Of a stretch of DNA of 64,000 nt, positions 47,853 through 56,598 are shown piece after piece. The notes beneath the pieces are model-generated. The model saw only the letters and a list, made by a program, of their open reading frames with translations, had not been told where the DNA came from and searched no databases. Both the position numbers and the translations under genes were made by a program. Positions within the stretch are counted from its first letter, which is position 1, and every line of letters starts with the position of its first letter. The stretch is from Candidatus Latescibacterota bacterium (lineage in GTDB: Bacteria > Latescibacterota > UBA2968). Location: contig OZ241986.1 of NCBI GenBank assembly GCA_965204375.1, forward strand, positions 4,864,001 to 4,928,000. The letters run 5' to 3'.

Positions 47853-48623
47853 ATGCCAACTATGATCGCCGCGCAAATGTACACCGTGCGCGACTTTACC
47901 AAAACCATCTCAGACATTGTCGAATCCGTAAAAAAAGTAAAAGCCATTGGTTACGACGCCATGCAAGTCTCCGGCTTTGGTCCCATTGACCCCGAAGAAC
48001 TCAAACAAATCGCCGATGACAACGACATTGAAATCTGCGCCACACACACCGGTTTTGACCGCATGCGCGACGACACACAAGCCGTGATAGACGAACACCT
48101 CCTCTGGAACTGCAAATATCCCGCCATCGGCAGCCTGCCCCAGTCGTATCGGGAAGACGGTGAAGCCGGTTATATCCGCTTTGCCAAAGACGCCTCTGAA
48201 GTCGGTCGCAAACTCGCCGACGCGGGCCTGACCTTTGCGTATCACAACCACAACTTTGAATTTCAAAAATTCGGCAACCGCACCGCCCTTGAAATCATCC
48301 TGCAAGAAACAGATCCCAAAGCAGTACAACTCGAAATCGACGTGTACTGGGTGCAGGCAGGAGGTGGCGACCCCGCCGAATGGATCCGCAAAGCCAAAAC
48401 CCGCATAGACCTCGTCCACGTCAAAGACATGGCCATTGAAGGCCGCGAAACGCGCTTTGCCGAAGTCGGCGAAGGCAACCTCAACTGGCCCGCCATCTTT
48501 GAAGCCGGGCGCGAATCCGGCACGCGCTGGTACATCGTCGAACAGGACCGCTGCTACGACCGCGACCCTTTCGACAGCCTCAAAATCAGCTACGATAACC
48601 TCGTCGCCATGGGTTTGTCTTGA
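47853..48623 (+). CDS. Sugar phosphate isomerase/epimerase (TIM barrel)
   Basis: AQMYTVRD, YHNHNFEF, EIDVYW, VHVKD, VGEGNLNW, IVEQD. AAGGAG RBS. Confidence 0.92.
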   Translation: MPTMIAAQMYTVRDFTKTISDIVESVKKVKAIGYDAMQVSGFGPIDPEELKQIADDNDIEICATHTGFDRMRDDTQAVIDEHLLWNCKYPAIGSLPQSYREDGEAGYIRFAKDASEVGRKLADAGLTFAYHNHNFEFQKFGNRTALEIILQETDPKAVQLEIDVYWVQAGGGDPAEWIRKAKTRIDLVHVKDMAIEGRETRFAEVGEGNLNWPAIFEAGRESGTRWYIVEQDRCYDRDPFDSLKISYDNLVAMGLS

Positions 48624-48652
48624 GCGGGCGGGCACGGGGGCACCGCCCCTAC
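48624..48652 (-). repeat. GTAG-type REP element
   Basis: Minus strand GTAGGGGCGGTGCCCCCGTGCCCGCCCGC. Same family and orientation as 47791-47818. Confidence 0.7.
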
Positions 48653-48693
48653 ACAATAATATCATCGCATCCGTCTTTCATCTGGAGTACCCC

Positions 48694-49203
48694 ATGCCTT
48701 ACACAGATCACATAGAGCAGGCCAAAGACCCCGTCACCTGCGCTGTACTCACCATCAGCGACACGCGCACCGAAGCCGATGACAAGAGCGGCAAAATCAT
48801 AAAAGAACTGGTCGAAGCCGCCGGTCACAGCATCGCGTTTTACCGCGTGGTCAAAGACGAAGCCGACCAGATACGCGTGCTCATCAAACAAATCGCCCAA
48901 AAAGGCGAATGCCACGTCATCCTCACCAATGGCGGCACCGGCATTGCCGCGCGCGATACCACCTATGAAGCCGTCACAAGTCTGCTTGAAAAACGCCTCG
49001 ACGGATTTGGCGAGGTATTTCGCTTTCTCTCATGGGAAGACATCGGCTCGGGCGCCATGCTCTCTCGCGCCGTAGCAGGCGTGTACAAAGACACCATGAT
49101 CTTCTGCATGCCGGGATCATCTGGCGCCGTGCAACTCGCCATGGAAAAACTCATCGTACCCGAACTATCACACCTCGTCTGGGAAATCTGGCGGCAAAAA
49201 TGA
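48694..49203 (+). CDS. moaB: Molybdenum cofactor biosynthesis protein B (MoaB/MogA)
   Basis: LTISDTR...DKSG, VKDE, TNGGTGIAARDTTYEA, GFGEVFR, LSRAVAG, MPGS. Confidence 0.9.
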   Translation: MPYTDHIEQAKDPVTCAVLTISDTRTEADDKSGKIIKELVEAAGHSIAFYRVVKDEADQIRVLIKQIAQKGECHVILTNGGTGIAARDTTYEAVTSLLEKRLDGFGEVFRFLSWEDIGSGAMLSRAVAGVYKDTMIFCMPGSSGAVQLAMEKLIVPELSHLVWEIWRQK

Positions 49204-49332
49204 ACGCGGATGAAAACCACAAGTATCCGCAGATGGACGCAGAAAAAACGCAGATGAAAGGCATCTTTCTTTCGACAACACACGAAATATAATGAGAAAA
49301 ACAGCCTGTGAATCAAATGATGCGGCACAGAC

Positions 49333-49473
49333 AGTCCCTTGTTGCGTGACGAAAATATTCAGCAGGAGATAAACAACAGAGTTTTGGATGGAAACAAAAA
49401 ACGGACGGAAGCCTACGATTTAGAGCAAGAGGCATTAACCGTTCTCGATGAGCAAGTCATTTATGCACAGTAA
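49333..49473 (+). pseudogene. C-terminal remnant of a restriction-modification specificity (S) subunit
   Basis: Start-less frame SPLLRDENIQQEINNRVLDGNKKRTEAYDLEQEALTVLDEQVIYAQ* resembles the P-L...Q.EI coiled-coil C-terminus of HsdS-like proteins. Confidence 0.45.
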
Positions 49474-49531
49474 GCCCGCCAAGCACATCCAGTCGCTCCA
49501 ATGGAACGCCCAAAACCAGATTTTTAACACA

Positions 49532-49792
49532 ATGTCCGCGATATCCTTAATCTCACTTAAAATTCAGAAAACACCCGGCGTCTGCGGTGGTAGAGCATGC
49601 GTGGGCAACACGCGCATTCCCGTTTGGACGTTGATCGGATTTCTTAAGCAGGGCGCAAACGATGAAGATATGATACGGGCTTATCCAGTACTCACTATTG
49701 ATCATCTAAATCTCGTGCGGGAATACTACGAAGCGAATCGCGCAGAAATTGACCGCGATATTCGAGAACAGGAAATTCCAGCGCGTGGCTGA
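49532..49792 (+). CDS. DUF433 domain protein (putative antitoxin)
   Basis: KTPGVCGGRACVGNTRIPVW...G....MIRAYP.L......YY. Start uncertain. Confidence 0.85.
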   Translation: MSAISLISLKIQKTPGVCGGRACVGNTRIPVWTLIGFLKQGANDEDMIRAYPVLTIDHLNLVREYYEANRAEIDRDIREQEIPARG

Positions 49793-50001
49793 CCAGTCTG
49801 CCGAATACCAAAACACAAGGCTCAAGGATCATACCAGATTGATGGGGGTAGAACTTGTTCCATACTCACTAAATCTGGGTGCTATAATTGTGACTATTGA
49901 CTTTGTAAATAGTCCGCTTGACGCTTGAAGGCTTGATTTTATAGATGTATCTTAGTACATTGAATCATATCGCACAACACCATAAACGGAGGAGAAGCGA
50001 C

Positions 50002-50211
50002 ATGTCCACACAGCCAGCAAATCAATCCGATTCCAGCCGTGAGCGAGAACGTGCCGTTATGCTGGAGGATGCGTTGGCCCGACCAGGGGTCCGCGAAGTA
50101 ATGCGAGCTTACCAGAACTACCAAGAGGCAGATAGGGGGCTTGATCCTTACCGCTTGGCAGCTAGTCGCCCGAAAACCGTGACCGTATCTAATAGTACTA
50201 ACTACGCCTGA
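50002..50211 (+). CDS. Small hypothetical protein upstream of the S49 protease
   Basis: GGAGGAG RBS, 69 aa (ALARPGVREVMRAYQNY), 23 bp from the protease start. Confidence 0.6.
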   Translation: MSTQPANQSDSSRERERAVMLEDALARPGVREVMRAYQNYQEADRGLDPYRLAASRPKTVTVSNSTNYA

Positions 50212-50234
50212 GCTTACATGAAGGATAACATTTT

Positions 50235-51209
50235 ATGCCAGTGTGGAGCGAAATCTTCACGGAACTTCTTGCAACTGGACAACCGCCCCATTTAGACTTT
50301 GACGGTATCAGAAGAAAATATCTCCTGGAATTGAATAATCACACAAGACGTAATGTTGTCCTATACGCTTCGGGATGGCTTCAGAAGGGGGACGCGCCTT
50401 CCATTTTGATCAGCGATGAGGACATTCACGCCCTCATGGAAGTAACATCGGGATTAAACGGTGGCGAGCTTGACCTGATTCTACATAGCCCTGGAGGTTC
50501 TCCCAATGCGGCTGAGGCTATAGTCTCTTATTTACGATCTCGATTCTCTCACATTCGGGTAATTGTTCCCCTGTACGCTAAGTCTGCGGCGGCCATGATT
50601 TCATGCGCTGCTGATGAGATTGTGTTAGGTAAGCACTCATTTCTGGGGCCGACCGACCCGCAAATTTTGCTTACCACCGCTTTAGGGTTTCGCCCTGTTC
50701 CTGCTCAGGCTGTCTTAGACCAGTTCGACAAAGCCCAAAAGGAATGCTCTGATCCAAAAAAATTACCGGCTTGGGTACCCATGTTGAGTCAATACGGCCC
50801 TGACTTCTTGATCCAATGTGAAAGAGCACTGGCCTTGTCCAAGGAACTTGTGAGAACTTGGTTGGAAGCCTATATGTTTAAAGACTGTGCCGATGGCCCA
50901 GAGAAGGCAAGGGTAGCCGCTAAGTGGCTTGCTGATCACAAGAATTTCAAGAGCCATGGGCGCCACATATCACAAAAAGCCCTCCTGGAGCATGGTCTGA
51001 GAGTGACTGAGCTTGAAGACGATCCTGATTTACAAGACCTCAGTTTGTCGGTATTTCACGCAACGACTCATACATTTAGCTTGACTCCTATAGTCAAGAT
51101 CGTTGAAAGCCATACCGGTCATGCATTTATCCAGCATTACAGACCTCCACCATCTCCACAACAGGCAATTCAAGTTGATTTGGGCATTGCCCCTGACCAA
51201 CCTATGTGA
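50235..51209 (+). CDS. SDH/S49 family ClpP-fold serine protease
   Basis: LDLILHSPGGS, AKSAAAMI, DEIVL, LGPTDPQ, SHGRHI. Confidence 0.85.
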   Translation: MPVWSEIFTELLATGQPPHLDFDGIRRKYLLELNNHTRRNVVLYASGWLQKGDAPSILISDEDIHALMEVTSGLNGGELDLILHSPGGSPNAAEAIVSYLRSRFSHIRVIVPLYAKSAAAMISCAADEIVLGKHSFLGPTDPQILLTTALGFRPVPAQAVLDQFDKAQKECSDPKKLPAWVPMLSQYGPDFLIQCERALALSKELVRTWLEAYMFKDCADGPEKARVAAKWLADHKNFKSHGRHISQKALLEHGLRVTELEDDPDLQDLSLSVFHATTHTFSLTPIVKIVESHTGHAFIQHYRPPPSPQQAIQVDLGIAPDQPM

Positions 51210-51264
51210 AAGGACTACTGGAAGGCCCATAACAACACGCAGTAGCAATAGGAGGAAAGTTACA

Positions 51265-51296
51265 GCCCGCTGACCAATAAGATCGGCGGGCTATTT
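51265..51296 (+). terminator. Probable rho-independent terminator
   Basis: AGCCCGCTGA...TCGGCGGGCT stem followed by ATTTT. Confidence 0.6.
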
Positions 51297-51299
51297 TGC

Positions 51300-51338
51300 A
51301 GCAAAATCGCCGTGAAAATCATCAACCACTACGGCGAT
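51300..51338 (+). pseudogene. Very short remnant of a DNA methyltransferase (Mod-like) C-terminus
   Basis: SKIAVKIINHYGD matches the IAVKVINHxGDE terminus seen in type III Mod-like methylases. Only 13 codons. Confidence 0.4.
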
Positions 51339-51524
51339 ATATGGAACTCAACTTTTTTCTTTGCGCTGTATAGATAAATTCGAGCAATACCTTGACGACA
51401 TTGACATTACTGGGTGCTCTAATATATTATTTCATGCTCAAGATATTTACGATTGGCAGAAACCGTTTGACGAGATTTATGCCCAATACCTGAAAAGATA
51501 GTTGCAGAGTCTGGGATGCTCACT

Positions 51525-51674
51525 ATGAACAGAAGAGAGATGCAGAAGTTGATTGAGGAGTATTTTGCGTTTTGCAAGGAACAGGGGAAAGAGCCGGAAG
51601 AACCTTTAACAGATGAAGCTCTTGTGCAAGTAGCTGATGCACGTTTTATCGAACTCGATAAAGCGACAAAGTAA
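51525..51674 (+). CDS. Small protein or fragment with HicB-like segment
   Basis: IEEYFAFCKEQGKEPEEP resembles the HicB YL..C.E.GKEPEKP segment. 49 aa. Confidence 0.4.
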   Translation: MNRREMQKLIEEYFAFCKEQGKEPEEPLTDEALVQVADARFIELDKATK

Positions 51675-51682
51675 AGTTAAAA

Positions 51683-52513
51683 ATGCCCAACTTCTTATTT
51701 TGGAACACACACGGAAACCAAATTCATGATCAGGTAAGGACACTTGCTATTGAACGAAATGCGGCTCTCATCATTTTGGCAGAGTGTAAACTGGACATTG
51801 CTCGTCTCGTTGAGTTACTAAACAGAGAGAGTTCACAACAAAGAGAGAGTTCAAAACAATACGAAACCAGTCTGTACGAATTATCAACGAGAAAACTGGT
51901 GTTTATTCATAATTCAGTGGTGAATAAATTTCATCTCATAAGAGATTCGTCACTCGGATCGTTTGGCGTATTCAACACAGAGGAAGGCAAAGAGGTTATT
52001 ATCGCAGCTATACATTTCCCGAGTAAACGGGACCGAGACGATTTGGATTTTAATATTTTCGCAGAAGAATTTCGCAAGGAGTTAGAGAAAATGGAAAGAG
52101 AAAGGGGGCATTCTCGGTCCGTTATTGTAGGCGACTTCAATATGAATCCTTTTGAAGACGGTATGATTGCAGCCAACTGTCTCCATGCAGTTATGGACTG
52201 TGAGATTGCAAAGAAGAAAGGGCGAAGGGTACAGGGACACTTTTACAAATATCTATATAATCCCATGTGGGGAAGAATGGGAGATACTTCACTGGGACCG
52301 CCGGGAACCTATTTTTATCAAAGGTCTGCACAAAGAAACTATTTTTGGCACACATTTGATCAAGTCTTGATACGACCCGATTTAATACCTAACTTTCCAA
52401 GCGAGAAACTTGAAGTGGTGCAATCAATCAATGCGACTTCTCTTCTGACAAAATCAGGTCGTCCACGCAAGAGCATCTCTGATCATTTACCGCTTGTTTT
52501 TGCTATTGAATAA
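51683..52513 (+). CDS. Endonuclease/exonuclease/phosphatase (EEP) family nuclease
   Basis: FLFWN, ILAE, AIHFPS, VGDFNMNP, GTY, FDQV, SDHLP. AT-rich. Confidence 0.88.
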   Translation: MPNFLFWNTHGNQIHDQVRTLAIERNAALIILAECKLDIARLVELLNRESSQQRESSKQYETSLYELSTRKLVFIHNSVVNKFHLIRDSSLGSFGVFNTEEGKEVIIAAIHFPSKRDRDDLDFNIFAEEFRKELEKMERERGHSRSVIVGDFNMNPFEDGMIAANCLHAVMDCEIAKKKGRRVQGHFYKYLYNPMWGRMGDTSLGPPGTYFYQRSAQRNYFWHTFDQVLIRPDLIPNFPSEKLEVVQSINATSLLTKSGRPRKSISDHLPLVFAIE

Positions 52514-52530
52514 CCCGACTGGAGGATGTT

Positions 52531-53418
52531 ATGATCAAAGAAGACTATTGGGGGAACTTGACCACTAAAAAGCCAAAGGATTCTCCGAGACAAATTCTTG
52601 AGGAACAGGTGGCGATTTTGGAAGATAAAACGGAAAATCAGTTGACAGGCTCCGTAGCTTCTCAAACTATTGGCAACCGCATGCGAACAACGCTTGCCGT
52701 CATCGCTCCTGAGTTGGATTATCGGTTAGATCTGGTTACTGTTGATCATGATGTGAACGCGGAAGGTTTTTATCCATTGCGAATTGAAAATAATCTGACG
52801 AACACGAGGACATCATGTGAAAAAGAAGATATGTTCAAAATCAAATTGAAAGAGATCCTTTCTTCTTCGCAGACAACCAGTACGCTACAGAAATTACTCG
52901 AGGCTATTCCTGTGCCATCCCGTGTCTCGGTTTACTCTGATCTCGGGTACCCGATATCGGAGGCAACCGTGGTGGCTATCGCGGACAATGGTACAACAAA
53001 GTCTGCCAAAACAGATCAAGACGGTGTTGCTTATCTTTTCATAGCGACCACACGCCCTTATAGACTCTTGATAGCACATCGCAATTTTTCAGGACAAATA
53101 GTCAATTCTTGGGATTTTTCCGAGGCTATCGACATTACCTTGTCTTCAGCTAAAAATACGGGTTCTGTAATCTGCATGAGCACTGGCTACATTCCTAACT
53201 TAGCGGGACGACTGAATCCCATCTTAGACAGCAACAACAGAACCTATCTATATGCTGAAAACATCGCTATCAATGGGGGCGATAACCAACCTGTCAAGTT
53301 CAAAGTCAATGAGCCTTTCGAACTTGAAGATAGCAACGGCGTGGTCATGCAAGTCCAAGTGCTTCACATTCAAGGTCGAACGTCTTTGCTTGAATATACG
53401 AAAAAATATAATGACTAA
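52531..53418 (+). CDS. Hypothetical multidomain protein (EEP partner domain + carboxypeptidase-regulatory-like + unknown C-terminal domain)
   Basis: GGAGG RBS 17 bp after the EEP stop. N-domain DYWG...SPRQILEEQ..IL.DKT...L.G.V. Middle GYPISEATV...AKTDQDGVA. Confidence 0.7.
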   Translation: MIKEDYWGNLTTKKPKDSPRQILEEQVAILEDKTENQLTGSVASQTIGNRMRTTLAVIAPELDYRLDLVTVDHDVNAEGFYPLRIENNLTNTRTSCEKEDMFKIKLKEILSSSQTTSTLQKLLEAIPVPSRVSVYSDLGYPISEATVVAIADNGTTKSAKTDQDGVAYLFIATTRPYRLLIAHRNFSGQIVNSWDFSEAIDITLSSAKNTGSVICMSTGYIPNLAGRLNPILDSNNRTYLYAENIAINGGDNQPVKFKVNEPFELEDSNGVVMQVQVLHIQGRTSLLEYTKKYND

Positions 53419-53454
53419 GAGTAATCGCCAACTTGTAAATCAGAAGGAAATGTC

Positions 53455-55830
53455 ATGAACAATCGCGTGAAGATACTTTTTATTCTTGTATTCTTCTTCC
53501 AAACGGCAGACGCGAAAGCGGATTGGCCGAACTGGGGTGGTCCCAACAGAGACTTCAGAGTCAACGACGCGGGCATTTTCCCCTCTGACCAACCCTACGC
53601 GTTGAAAATCGTCTGGAAAAAGCCTCTCGGTGCCGGGTACTCATCCATCTCGGTTCTCGGTGACCTCGCCGTAACTATGTACTCCGATGAAACCTTTGAT
53701 TACGTCATCGGCTTCAATACAGAAGATGGATCAGAACGATGGAAATACAAAATCGGCACTGCCTATCTCGGCCACTACGGCTCGCAGAGCGGTCCCCTGT
53801 CAACGCCGATAGTGACAGAAGACAAAGTCATCGCATTAGGTCCCCGGGGAAAATTGTTCGCACTTGATGCAAACACAGGGAAAGAACTCTGGGCGATAGA
53901 CCTCGTCGCAGCCCATCGCGCCACAGTGCCATTTTGGGGCTTTACCTCATCCCCAATTTTACACGACAACCGCCTGATCGTCCAAACAGGGGGAACACAT
54001 GCGGTCTCCGCTTATGATCCCACGTCTGGTGATTTAATCTGGTCGGCATTTAGCGACTCGGTCAACTACCAATCGCCGGGTCTATTCGCCTTTGACAACC
54101 GCAAACACCTCGTCTTCTTTGGCAACAAATATCTCGCGGGCTTATCTCCCGAAACCGGTGAAATCCTGTGGCAATTTGCACATCGCGGGCAGACCGGCGC
54201 GGGGCATACCAGCGGGCATCCCGTCGAGATTGGCGAAGGGCGATATTTTGTAAAAAACGGCGGCATGCTGGTCGGCTTGAGAGCCGATAGCGAAACCTTT
54301 GCCGCAGAGGAAATTTGGCGGACCCGCCACATTCGGGGAACGTATAGCTACTCAGTATTTAACACAAATCTCCTGTTCGGCTATAACGGTCGCATTCTCA
54401 CATGCATTGATGCAAACACCGGAGAACGCTTATGGCGCTCACGCGAGCCGGGAGATGGCTTCCCCATCATCGTAGATAACCACCTCGTAATCATGACAAA
54501 AGAAGGCAATCTCGCCGTCGCACAGGCTTCGGGTGAGGGATACCGCGAAACAGCCCGTTTGAAACTCTTCGACGAAATTTCCTGGACACATGCCAGCCTG
54601 GCCAATGGCAGGTTTTATGCGCGCAGCATGTCGGAAATCGCCTGCATCGAAGTCGTATCTGAAACACAAGTGGCAGAATCAGGCGCAGAAAGCATCGCGC
54701 CAAACTCGCGCTTTGCACAATTTGTCAAAGAAGTGCAACAATCCACAGACAAAAAAACGCAAATCGATCAGTTCATGGCACAACAGAAAAGCTTTCCAAT
54801 CCTCGAAGGCGAGAATCTCGTGCATTTTGTATATCGCGGCAAAGCGGAAGACGTCACCATAACCGGTGATCACGTAGGGCGGCGATATGACCACCCCATG
54901 CATCGCATTGAGGGAACGGACTTCTTCTATTCCACCGCACAACTCGAACCCAACGCCCGCATCACCTATCGCTACACCCTGGACTTACAGAGATCCATCC
55001 CCGACCCACTCAACCCACGACAGATTCGAACCCTCTTCTTTGGCCGCGCTTCCTATTTCGGCATGCCGCGCTGGCAGGCTCCCGACCATCTCAAAGCGCG
55101 ACGAGACGGTATTCACGGCAAAATTGACACCATGCGTTTTGAAAGTGCGGAAATTGGGAGGCAACGCAACTTAGAAATCTATCTCCCGGCAGGTTATCAT
55201 GAAAGCAATGAACAATACCCTGTTGTGTATGTTCACGCTGCGCGCCGGCAGTGGTCGCTGGGAAAAATGAATATCTCGCTGGACAATATCATCGGCAAGC
55301 GCGTGCGCCCTGTAATCGTGGTATTTGTTCCATCTCTCTTCAGAGGTGGATACGCAGAGTACGTAGGGGCAAATCGCGATGCGTACAATCGGATCTTTAC
55401 AGAAGAGATCGTGCCCTACATCGACCGGACATATCGCACCATTAAAAACCGCGAAAACCGGGCAAATATCGGGACAATTTACGGCGGATTTATGGCATTT
55501 TACGCCACCTTTACACACCCCGACATATTTGGCAAAATAGGCATACAATCCCTATCCTGGGATCAGACCGCAGAAGCCAAAGATGCGGACCTGGTCTTTC
55601 AGGCAACAAAACAAATGCCCATAGATATTTATCTGGACTGGGGAAAATACGACTTGCGAAGTCCAATGGAGGGAAATGATCTGGGCAAGAGCACGGCATC
55701 GTTTGCCCAACTACTAAAAAAGAGAGGTTATACCTTTACTGGAGGCGAAGTAAACGATGGCGCTGGTTGGGCGAGTTGGCAAAACCGAACGGACAAAATA
55801 TTTGAAACGCTTTTTCCTTTCTCGGATTGA
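53455..55830 (+). CDS. PQQ-like beta-propeller fused to a CBM48/Fes-type esterase-fold domain
   Basis: Signal peptide. DWPNWGGPNR, GYSS, G..LW blades. VHFVYRG..., LEIYLPAGY...YPVVY, EEIVPYID..YRT. Confidence 0.82.
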   Translation: MNNRVKILFILVFFFQTADAKADWPNWGGPNRDFRVNDAGIFPSDQPYALKIVWKKPLGAGYSSISVLGDLAVTMYSDETFDYVIGFNTEDGSERWKYKIGTAYLGHYGSQSGPLSTPIVTEDKVIALGPRGKLFALDANTGKELWAIDLVAAHRATVPFWGFTSSPILHDNRLIVQTGGTHAVSAYDPTSGDLIWSAFSDSVNYQSPGLFAFDNRKHLVFFGNKYLAGLSPETGEILWQFAHRGQTGAGHTSGHPVEIGEGRYFVKNGGMLVGLRADSETFAAEEIWRTRHIRGTYSYSVFNTNLLFGYNGRILTCIDANTGERLWRSREPGDGFPIIVDNHLVIMTKEGNLAVAQASGEGYRETARLKLFDEISWTHASLANGRFYARSMSEIACIEVVSETQVAESGAESIAPNSRFAQFVKEVQQSTDKKTQIDQFMAQQKSFPILEGENLVHFVYRGKAEDVTITGDHVGRRYDHPMHRIEGTDFFYSTAQLEPNARITYRYTLDLQRSIPDPLNPRQIRTLFFGRASYFGMPRWQAPDHLKARRDGIHGKIDTMRFESAEIGRQRNLEIYLPAGYHESNEQYPVVYVHAARRQWSLGKMNISLDNIIGKRVRPVIVVFVPSLFRGGYAEYVGANRDAYNRIFTEEIVPYIDRTYRTIKNRENRANIGTIYGGFMAFYATFTHPDIFGKIGIQSLSWDQTAEAKDADLVFQATKQMPIDIYLDWGKYDLRSPMEGNDLGKSTASFAQLLKKRGYTFTGGEVNDGAGWASWQNRTDKIFETLFPFSD

Positions 55831-55831
55831 T

Positions 55832-56566
55832 TCAGTTTCCCTGTTTCCCGCTTCTTTCTCTCTCAGGTGATCTCGGCGGAGGACTGCCGCGGTCACCCGC
55901 AGCGCGATTCCTGCGTCTATTGCGCCGCTTTATCTCTTCCAACTCTGCATGAATGGCTTTTTGAATTTCAACGCGAGAGGCACCATCGGCAATTAATTTG
56001 TCAATTTTTTTTTGGAGATCAGACATCTCGTCTTCTGTCAACCGAGAACTGGAGTAATCGGGTCTCTGCCCCTCCCAATTAATCCCCATAACAGCTAACT
56101 CGTCGCGTATCTCTCTGTAAATCCTGTGATAGGTCGCACCATTCGCTTTTAGAGCCTCCGCCTTTTTGCGAAGTGCAGACATCTGATCTTCTGTCAACAC
56201 CGCACTTAATCGCGTCAAAAATGTTTCTGTTAAATCTACGCCAAAACCCTCGAGTTCGGTAAAAATAGCCCTTCTAATCTCAGGGAGTTCTGCCCCTCCC
56301 TCGAGTAATTCATTGATCTTCGCCTGCAGAGCCATCCGCTGCGCTTCCGTCAATTGCGCCGAAAGCACCCACAACAGCGCACTTCCCCGAGACCGCTGAC
56401 TTAAACGATGGCGGAAGGTCACGCGATCATCGATACCATCGCCATCCTCATCGACAAAAGCCGGTGGCGACTCCTCCTGTTTTTCTTGTGTATTAGCAAA
56501 CGCATCGCACCACAGCATTGCAATTATCAAAAATATAGCAATTAAACACCGTTTCATATCTGCCAT
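55832..56566 (-). CDS. Secreted helical-repeat protein with a Ca-binding DxDGDG motif
   Basis: Signal peptide, FVDEDGDGIDD, three LTExQ...G...EI...I..EL repeats, Arg-rich tail. Confidence 0.7.
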   Translation of the reverse strand: MADMKRCLIAIFLIIAMLWCDAFANTQEKQEESPPAFVDEDGDGIDDRVTFRHRLSQRSRGSALLWVLSAQLTEAQRMALQAKINELLEGGAELPEIRRAIFTELEGFGVDLTETFLTRLSAVLTEDQMSALRKKAEALKANGATYHRIYREIRDELAVMGINWEGQRPDYSSSRLTEDEMSDLQKKIDKLIADGASRVEIQKAIHAELEEIKRRNRRRNRAAGDRGSPPPRSPERERSGKQGN

Positions 56567-56598
56567 TTCCTGTAAAATCCGTAGTTATGGGCTAATAT

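Noticed and set aside
49201-49260. Short ACGCGGAT/CGCAGAT repeats (also AATCCGCG twice at about 31564-31582 and AGGATT twice at about 47754-47769)
   Set aside because: Too short and degenerate to define an element from this window alone. Possibly remnants of dispersed intergenic repeats.
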